DNA of 64,000 bases, taken from an uncultured Rhizobium sp. Its GTDB lineage: Bacteria; Pseudomonadota; Alphaproteobacteria; SHVZ01. The stretch lies in the NCBI GenBank assembly GCA_964655235.1, contig CAZZLX010000001.1, positions 1,842 to 65,841 on the forward strand. Direction: 5' to 3'. Positions 57,953 through 64,000 of the stretch are shown here, one piece after another. The stretch's first letter is position 1; every line of letters begins with the position of its first letter. The translations under genes and the position numbers were made by a program. The notes below the pieces were generated by a model. It did not search any database and had not been told where the DNA came from. It saw only the letters and a list, made by a program, of their open reading frames with translations.

Positions 57953-59377
57953 ATGAACGACATCGCGCCGCTGCCGAACCACATCCCGCCCCGGACGATC
58001 ACCCGCTTCACGCGATCGGACGCCTATCGCGCCCAGGTCCACGAGGCGATCGCCGGCGGCGCCCACACCTATTCGAAGGGCGACGACCAGTTCCCGATCC
58101 GCTCCCCGGCCGCGATCGCCCGCGGCAAGGGCGGTCGGGTCTGGGATCCCGACGACAACGAGTATGTCGACGTCGCTCTCGGCCTCGGCTCGATCAGCCT
58201 TGGCCATGCGTACGAGCCGGTGCTCGCGGCGGTCCGCGCGCAGCTCGACCTCGGCGTCAACTTCCAGCGGCCGGCGACAGTGGAGCTCGAACTCGCCCAT
58301 GCGCTGAAGGCCGTCATCCCGGGTGCGGAGCGGGTCAAGTTCGCTAAGAACGGCTCGACCGTCACGACGGCCGCGGTGAAGCTGGCGCGCGCGTTCACCG
58401 GCCGCGACCTCGTTGCCTTTCCGTTCAACCACCCGTTCTACAGCTACGACGACTGGTACATCGGCCGGGGCAAGGCCGCCTCCGGCGTCCCCACCGGCAC
58501 GATGGCGATGTCGCTGACCTACGACTCGACCAAGCCGGACACGCTGGCCGCGCTGTTCAAGCAGCATCCCGGCAAGATCGCCGCGGTCATCACCGAGACC
58601 GAGGAACTGTTCCCGACCTCGCCCGAGTACATCCGCGAGGTCGAGCGGCTGGCGCGCAAGGACGGCGCCCTGCTCATCCTCGACGAGATGGTCTCCGGCT
58701 TCCGCTCGAGCTTCCCCGGCGCCTATCCGCGCCTCGGCCTCACGCCCGACCTGGTGACCTGGGGCAAGGGTGCCGGCAACGGCTTCTCCTTCTGCGCGCT
58801 GACCGGGCGGGCCGACGTCATGGACCTCGGCGGCCTGAAGCAGTTGGAGCGGCCCCGCGTCTTCCTTATCTCGACCACCCATGGCGGCGAGGCGCATGCG
58901 CTGGCGGCCGGGCTCGCCGTGCTCGAGGAGTACCGCCGCCACGACGTACTCGGCCATCATCATCGGCTCGTGGCGCGGATGGCGGCGTCGTTCAAGGCGA
59001 CGATCGACCGCTATGGCCTCGGCGATGCGATCCAGGCCTTCGCCTCTCCTTGGCGCATCGTTTTCGTCTGCAAGGATGCCAAGGGCGCGGTGTCGCTCGG
59101 CCACCGCACGCTGCTGATGCAGGAGATGATTGGCCGCGGTGTCCTGTTCCAGGGCCTGTTCCTGCCCTGCTTCGCGCACACCGACGCCGACATGGAGCGG
59201 ATCGAGCAGGCTTTCGACGCGTCCTGCCAGGTCTATAAGCTGGCGCTCGAGCACGGCTACGAGCGCTACCTCGACGGCGAGCCGCTCCGGCCGGTGTTCC
59301 GGCGCTACAACGGCTGTCGCCAATCCTGCCCGACCGAGCCTTGCCCGCACGAGCAGACCTGCCGCACGACGCCGTGA
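57953..59377 (+). CDS. Class-III (HemL/GSA-aminomutase-like) PLP-dependent aminotransferase
   Basis: ATG at 57953 (MNDIAPLP). ...LILDEMVSGFR...TWGKGAGNGF has the PLP-lysine context, and HGGEAHALAAGLAVLE fits the fold. The unusual Cys-rich C-terminal tail is unexplained. Confidence 0.78.
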   Translation: MNDIAPLPNHIPPRTITRFTRSDAYRAQVHEAIAGGAHTYSKGDDQFPIRSPAAIARGKGGRVWDPDDNEYVDVALGLGSISLGHAYEPVLAAVRAQLDLGVNFQRPATVELELAHALKAVIPGAERVKFAKNGSTVTTAAVKLARAFTGRDLVAFPFNHPFYSYDDWYIGRGKAASGVPTGTMAMSLTYDSTKPDTLAALFKQHPGKIAAVITETEELFPTSPEYIREVERLARKDGALLILDEMVSGFRSSFPGAYPRLGLTPDLVTWGKGAGNGFSFCALTGRADVMDLGGLKQLERPRVFLISTTHGGEAHALAAGLAVLEEYRRHDVLGHHHRLVARMAASFKATIDRYGLGDAIQAFASPWRIVFVCKDAKGAVSLGHRTLLMQEMIGRGVLFQGLFLPCFAHTDADMERIEQAFDASCQVYKLALEHGYERYLDGEPLRPVFRRYNGCRQSCPTEPCPHEQTCRTTP

Positions 59378-60408
59378 GGCGCGGCGCGCTCGTCATCCGC
59401 GCGGACGCTGATCCGACCATCGGCATCGGACATGTAGGACGGACGCTTGCCTTGAGCGCCGCCTGGCGCCAGGGCGGCGGGACGGTGCGCTACGTCACGA
59501 CCGCGCCGCTGTCCGCGGGGGCAAGATCCTGGATCGCCTCCGCCGGCATCGAGTTCGAGGTCATCGAGGCCGAGCGCTACTCCGACGAGGATGCGCGGCA
59601 GACGGCAGCGCGGGCCACCGGCGCGACGGTGGTCATGGACGTCTTCGGAACCCCCCGCGCCTATCGCACGGCGCTTCGAAGCCAGGTCGAGCGGCTCGTG
59701 ATCATCGACGATACCGGAGGGCCGGGTCCCTGGTCGGCCGACGTCATCGTCAACCAGAACCACGGCGCCTCGGCCGCGCTCTATCCTCAGCACGATGAAG
59801 GGTCGGCGTTGCTGCTGGGGCCGCGCTTCGCACTGCTCCGTCCGGAGTTCGCCCGAAGACGGGCGTTGAGACACCGCGCCGAAGGCCGAGTCCACCGCAT
59901 CGCGGTCAGCCTCGGCGGGACCGATCCCAAGGACGCGGCATCCCTCGTCCTTTCGGCCTTCGCGGCCCTGCCCGAGTCCGGCTGGCGGGCGATCCTCGTC
60001 GCCGGCGCCGGCAACCCGCGTGCCGCGGCCCTGAAGGCGCGGACCGCAGCCCTCGGCAGGCCGGTCCACGTGATCCGCAGTCCCAGCTCGATGGCGAGGC
60101 TCCTTGCCTGGGCCGATCTCGCGATCCTCGCCGGCGGGGTCACCGTGTGGGAGGCGCTGTCGCTGGGCGTTCCGGTGATCGGCATCGCCGTCGCCGACAA
60201 TCAGGTGCCGGCGGCCGAAGCCCTCTCCCGCGACGGCCTCTGGCATTTTCTCGGCCAGGTCGAGGAGATCGGGGCTGCGCAGGTCTCCGATGCGATCGAG
60301 CGGCTTCGTGCCGACTCCGGGGAGCGCCGACGGCTGTCGGCGGCCGGTCAAGCGCTGGTGGATGGAAGAGGCGCGGAACGGGTCGCCGACGTACTGGCCC
60401 GTCTCTGA
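59374..60408 (+). CDS. pseG: UDP-2,4-diacetamido-2,4,6-trideoxy-beta-L-altropyranose hydrolase (PseG)
   Basis: GTG at 59374 overlaps the upstream stop (GTGA). ALVIRADADPTIGIGHVGRTLAL is the PseG signature, and the C-terminal half is MurG-like (GGVTVWEALSLGVPVIGI). Confidence 0.82.
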   Translation: MRRGALVIRADADPTIGIGHVGRTLALSAAWRQGGGTVRYVTTAPLSAGARSWIASAGIEFEVIEAERYSDEDARQTAARATGATVVMDVFGTPRAYRTALRSQVERLVIIDDTGGPGPWSADVIVNQNHGASAALYPQHDEGSALLLGPRFALLRPEFARRRALRHRAEGRVHRIAVSLGGTDPKDAASLVLSAFAALPESGWRAILVAGAGNPRAAALKARTAALGRPVHVIRSPSSMARLLAWADLAILAGGVTVWEALSLGVPVIGIAVADNQVPAAEALSRDGLWHFLGQVEEIGAAQVSDAIERLRADSGERRRLSAAGQALVDGRGAERVADVLARL

Positions 60409-60480
60409 CGGCCGCCCCTGGCCCCGGGCCGGCAGGATCCCCAAATGACGGCAATGCGCGTATCGGCTAAGAAGGGCCCC

Positions 60481-61551
60481 ATGCCTGCCACGTCGATCAA
60501 CATCGCCGGCCGGGAGATCGGCCCCGGCCACCCGCCCTACGTCGTCGCCGAGATGTCGGGCAACCACAACGGCGACATCAGGCGCGCCTACGCCATCATG
60601 GAAGCGGCGAAGCAGGCCGGCGCCGACGCCGTGAAGCTCCAGACCTACACCGCCGACACCATCACCATCGACCACGACGCGCCCGAGTTCCGCATCACCG
60701 GCGGCCTCTGGGACGGGCGCTCGCTTTACGAGCTCTACGGCGAGGCGCATACGCCCTGGGAATGGCATCGCGACCTTTTCGCCAAGGGCCGCGAGCTCGG
60801 CATCCACGTGTTCAGCGCTCCCTTCGATCCGACCGCGATCGACTTTCTCGAGGAGCTCGGCGCGCCAGCCTACAAGATCGCGTCGTTCGAGATCGTCGAC
60901 CTGCCGCTGATCCGACGCGCCGCGGCGACCAGCAAGCCGATGATCATCTCGACCGGCATGGCGACGATGCCCGAGATCGAGGAGGCGGTCGCCGCCGCAC
61001 GCGATGCCGGCTGCACGGCGCTCACGCTGCTCCACTGCGTGAGTGGCTATCCGACTCCGGCCGAGGAAGCCAACCTCGCCACCATCCCCGACCTCGCCCG
61101 ACGTTTCGACTGCCCGATCGGGCTCTCCGACCACACCCACGGCATCGCGGTCGCGGTTGCCGGCGCGGCGCTCGGCGCGGTGGTGATCGAGAAGCACCTG
61201 ACCCTGGCGCGCGCCGACGGCGGTCCGGACTCCGCCTTCTCGCTCGAGCCGGCCGAGCTCGCGGCGCTGGTCCCGGCCGTACGCACCGCCGCAGCCGCGC
61301 TCGGCAAGGCCGGATATGACCTGAAGCCGAGCGAGCGCGGTAACACCGTGTTCCGCCGCTCGCTCTATGCAGTCGCCGACATCCGCAAGGGCGATGTCTT
61401 CGACGAGCGCAACATCCGCTCGATCCGGCCCGGCTTCGGCATGGCGCCGAAGCACCTGCCCGCCGTGCTCGGCCGTCGCGCCACGCGCGATATCCCGCGC
61501 GGCACGCCGCTCGACAGCGGCATGGTCGACAGCAACCTCGGCCCGGGCTGA
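60481..61551 (+). CDS. pseI: Pseudaminic acid synthase (PseI, NeuB family)
   Basis: ATG at 60481 with AAGAAGGG upstream. The ORF-track start is 60445. Motifs: INIAGREIGPGHPPYVVAEMSGNHNGDIRRA, KLQTY, LSDHTHG, and a C-terminal SAF/antifreeze-like domain. Confidence 0.88.
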   Translation: MPATSINIAGREIGPGHPPYVVAEMSGNHNGDIRRAYAIMEAAKQAGADAVKLQTYTADTITIDHDAPEFRITGGLWDGRSLYELYGEAHTPWEWHRDLFAKGRELGIHVFSAPFDPTAIDFLEELGAPAYKIASFEIVDLPLIRRAAATSKPMIISTGMATMPEIEEAVAAARDAGCTALTLLHCVSGYPTPAEEANLATIPDLARRFDCPIGLSDHTHGIAVAVAGAALGAVVIEKHLTLARADGGPDSAFSLEPAELAALVPAVRTAAAALGKAGYDLKPSERGNTVFRRSLYAVADIRKGDVFDERNIRSIRPGFGMAPKHLPAVLGRRATRDIPRGTPLDSGMVDSNLGPG

Positions 61552-61602
61552 CCTCGCTCAGGAAGCGGCAGCGGCGGATATCAGCGTTCTGTTTCTGGAA
61601 AT

Positions 61603-61635
61603 AAAGGTGAGGCGTCCTTGGTACGCCTCACCTTT
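61603..61635. terminator. Hairpin between convergent pseI and the GT41 gene (possible bidirectional terminator)
   Basis: AAAGGTGAGGCG (61603-61614), a 9-nt loop, then CGCCTCACCTTT (61624-61635). A-rich on the 5' side and T-rich on the 3' side. Confidence 0.55.
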
Positions 61636-61821
61636 AGAACGAATGCATCGCCGGCTTGGAGAGTTCCGGCGTTCGGCCGATGTCGGTGAAGCAGGCATGT
61701 CAGAACGGCTCCCCGACACCCTTTCGTCGGAACGAGCAGCCGACGGGTTCAATCGCTCTGCGGCATTCTTCGCCTTGCTTCGACCGTGCGAATTCGCGGC
61801 GGTACGCGTATACGATCCGCG

Positions 61822-63654
61822 TCAGCAAGCCGCCTCGAGCGTCAGGAGTCCGTTCCATCGTTGGCCGGCGCAGTGCGCCCGCCACATCGTGCGGTAAGCC
61901 GCTTCCACGCTTCTCGCATATCGCAAGGGATCGCAGAGGCGCGACGCGAGCACGCGGCCTCGAAGCGAAGCGCGAAGCGAAGCGCGCCGCGTCGGATCCA
62001 ACGCCAGCGCGGACGCGATCCGCACGTAGTCGTCGGGCGTCGCCGCGATCAGCTCGTCGAGACCGACCTGGCGCAGATGCGCCGCGCCGACCCGGCCGAG
62101 GAACCGCCGACCGGCCAAGGTCACGACGGGCACCCCCATCCACAGAGCCTCGAAGGTCGTCGTCGCCCCGTTGAAGGGAAACGGATCCAGAATGACGTCG
62201 ATCGACGCCAGGTGGTCGAGCTGGTCGTCGCGTTCGCGACGGCCGATGACGAAGTCCAACCGGTCGCCGTCGATCCCATGGCGGGCAAGACAGGCCTTGA
62301 TTGGCGTCCGCCCGTCCTCGTGCGCGAAGTGATCAAAGTATCGAAAGGAAAGACGCGAGCCCGGTACGGCGACAAGCACCCGCGCCCACAGCGCCAGGAC
62401 TTCCTCGCTCAGCTTCGCCGGGTTGTTGGTCGACCCGAAGACCACCGGTCCCCGTTCCCTTGCGGGCGGAGGATCGTGGGGACGCGATGACGGAGCGGTA
62501 TGGAGATAGAAGCTCGGCAGCCGGACCAGCGTCTCGGTGAACAGCTCCGGGCCGTCCGGCGGGTTGAGGTCGGCGTCGGTGAACCAGTAGTCCATCGCCG
62601 CGAGGCCGGTCGAGGTCAGGTCGTGCATCGAGGCCTGGATCGGCGCCGGCCGGTGGCTCGCGACGCCAGGACGGTTGGCGCTGGTATGGCCGGCGGCGGC
62701 GACCAGGATGTCGATCCCGTCGGCGGCGATCAGCGCGGCGACCTCCCTGTCGTCGAGACGCGCGACCTCGCGCCAGCCGTCCCCGAAGGCGGCCCGGAAG
62801 CGGCCCGCCAGGCCATCGGACACCGGCCCCGCGGCATAGCCGTGGATACCGACGACCCGCGGGTCGTGATGCTCGATCAGGCCGATCAGGTTCCACCCGA
62901 CCGGATGGCTCCGAAGATCGGACGAGAGGTAGCCGATCTTGAGGCGCCGGTCGGGATCGGGGTCGCGCGTCCGCGGCGGTGCCGACGACGAGGCGTAGTG
63001 CGCGCTCCATGCACGCACGGTGGCGAAGAGCCGCCGCTCATCGACATCCGGGCGATAGGTTCTGGCGAAGACGAGGTTACTGTGGATGGCTGCGTTCCTT
63101 GCGACAGCCAAGGCGCGCTGCAGGCCCAGGTCGGCGCCCGCGTGATCCAGCGTGGCCTGCTGGATCTGAGCCAGGTTGCTGAGAATGGCGGGTATCTGCG
63201 GGGCAAGTGCCAGACCCTGCCGGCTGGCGCGCATCGCCGCGGCCAGCCGACCATCGCCGCGAAGAGCATTCGCGAGATTGCCGTAAGGGGGAAACCAGGT
63301 CGGGCGAAGGCATATCGCGCGCCGGAACCATCTCTCCGCGGGGGCCGAAGCGCCGAGCTCAAGCTCGGCCACGCCACAGCTGTTGGCGGCTTCGACCTGA
63401 CCGGGCTCGATGGCGAGGGCGCGTCGATACCGCCGGCGCGCGCCGAGGCCGTTCCCGTTTCTATAAGCGCACAGGCCGAGGCCGAGCTCGGCGCGTGGGC
63501 GATCGGCAGCAATCGCCAGCGAACGCGCGAACCAGACCACCGCTTCCGCGATACGACCGTCGTCGTGAAGACCGAAGGCGAGCTGCTCCAGCAGTCCAGG
63601 ACTCCCTGGGGCCTCGATCACCGGAACCATGCGACGGGCCGTTGCTGTCGTCAT
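61822..63654 (-). CDS. TPR-repeat protein with C-terminal GT41-like domain
   Basis: 610 aa. Motifs: LKIGYLSSDLRSHPVG, VVFGSTNNPAKLSE, IDVILDPFPFNGATTTFEALWMGVPVVTLAGRRFLGRVGAAHL. Confidence 0.85.
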   Translation of the reverse strand: MTTATARRMVPVIEAPGSPGLLEQLAFGLHDDGRIAEAVVWFARSLAIAADRPRAELGLGLCAYRNGNGLGARRRYRRALAIEPGQVEAANSCGVAELELGASAPAERWFRRAICLRPTWFPPYGNLANALRGDGRLAAAMRASRQGLALAPQIPAILSNLAQIQQATLDHAGADLGLQRALAVARNAAIHSNLVFARTYRPDVDERRLFATVRAWSAHYASSSAPPRTRDPDPDRRLKIGYLSSDLRSHPVGWNLIGLIEHHDPRVVGIHGYAAGPVSDGLAGRFRAAFGDGWREVARLDDREVAALIAADGIDILVAAAGHTSANRPGVASHRPAPIQASMHDLTSTGLAAMDYWFTDADLNPPDGPELFTETLVRLPSFYLHTAPSSRPHDPPPARERGPVVFGSTNNPAKLSEEVLALWARVLVAVPGSRLSFRYFDHFAHEDGRTPIKACLARHGIDGDRLDFVIGRRERDDQLDHLASIDVILDPFPFNGATTTFEALWMGVPVVTLAGRRFLGRVGAAHLRQVGLDELIAATPDDYVRIASALALDPTRRASLRASLRGRVLASRLCDPLRYARSVEAAYRTMWRAHCAGQRWNGLLTLEAAC

Positions 63655-63725
63655 GGCGACCGACGTGTGGCCTCAGGACCGGCTGGAGCCGTCTCCGCCG
63701 CGAAGACGCGCGAGACGTCTTTGGA

Positions 63726-64000
63726 TCAGCTCTTCGGGGTCCAGCGGGGCGGCGGGCCGAGCGGCGGGGCGGGGATCATGCCCGAGCTCGCGGCAGGGGC
63801 CGGGGCCGGCTGGGACGCCGGCGCGACCTGCGGAGCTGCGGCGACCTGGCCTCCCCCTGCCTGCGCGACCAGACGGTTCAGATCGGCGAGCAGGCCCGGC
63901 ATCATGTTGAGCGGCAGCATCAGGCGCGCCACCTGCAGCTCCTGATTGCCGCTGCCGGCGACCGGTTCGACCTCGACCAGGTCCAGGCGCACGACGTTGT
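63726..64000 (-). CDS. C-terminal part of an unidentified protein (Pro/Ala-rich tail), 5'-truncated by the window edge
   Basis: The frame is open to the window edge. The reported GTG at 63992 is probably internal. No family recognised. Confidence 0.35.
   Translation of the reverse strand, partial: NVVRLDLVEVEPVAGSGNQELQVARLMLPLNMMPGLLADLNRLVAQAGGGQVAAAPQVAPASQPAPAPAASSGMIPAPPLGPPPRWTPKS

Noticed and set aside
56089-61455. Long minus-strand ORFs 56089..58011, 57821..59350 and 59305..61455
   Set aside because: They are antisense to the carbamoyltransferase, aminotransferase, pseG and pseI genes. Their translations are Arg/Gly/Asp-rich low-complexity, and the plus-strand genes have clear family signatures.
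1-64000. Scan for rRNA, tRNA, CRISPR arrays and integrase/transposase genes
   Set aside because: No cloverleaf-like conserved tRNA stretches, no regularly spaced short repeats and no recombinase motifs were recognised by eye. tRNAscan, CRISPR detection and HMM scans would be needed to be certain.

Overview
High-GC (about 68%) chromosomal segment, probably alphaproteobacterial, dominated by a very large glycosylation island. All calls below are made by eye from the sequence; no searches were run.

- Glycosyltransferase expansion: 18 genes fuse an N-terminal TPR array to a C-terminal glycosyltransferase domain. Eleven carry a GT41-like (O-GlcNAc-transferase-type) domain, five plus one left-edge fragment carry a GT9-like (heptosyltransferase-type) domain, one carries a GT61/DUF563-like domain, and one carries a CgeB/GT1-like domain. 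Two genes encode a TPR array fused to a 2OG-Fe(II)-oxygenase-like domain, and there is one GT4-like glycosyltransferase.
- Nonulosonic-acid genes: pseB/flmA sits at 2916..3941. A second block at 54610..61551 encodes a SpsF/FlmC-type cytidylyltransferase, an RmlD-like reductase, a NodU/CmcH-type carbamoyltransferase, a class-III aminotransferase, pseG and pseI.
- Type II secretion system: one complete, translationally coupled operon, gspE-F-G-H-I-J-K-L-M, then a small HR-domain GspC/PilP-like protein, then a lipoprotein secretin gspD (10888..21051).
- Candidate cargo: a Thr/Ser/Ala/Gly-rich Sec-signal protein (37123..38484) with a near-consensus promoter and a perfect terminator, plus two other small secreted proteins.
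- Regulator: a large protein with a C-terminal XRE-type HTH (6287..8161).
- Other genes: secB, an aldo/keto reductase, and a low-GC (about 52%) Vat/CatB-type hexapeptide acetyltransferase gene that looks horizontally acquired.
- Most striking structural feature: a perfect 1012-bp direct repeat (40000..41011 and 42074..43085). It gives two adjacent GT41 genes byte-identical catalytic domains behind different TPR domains.

No rRNA, tRNA, CRISPR or transposase genes were recognised. Many long ORFs in the six-frame track are antisense or alternate-frame artefacts of the high GC content and were rejected.
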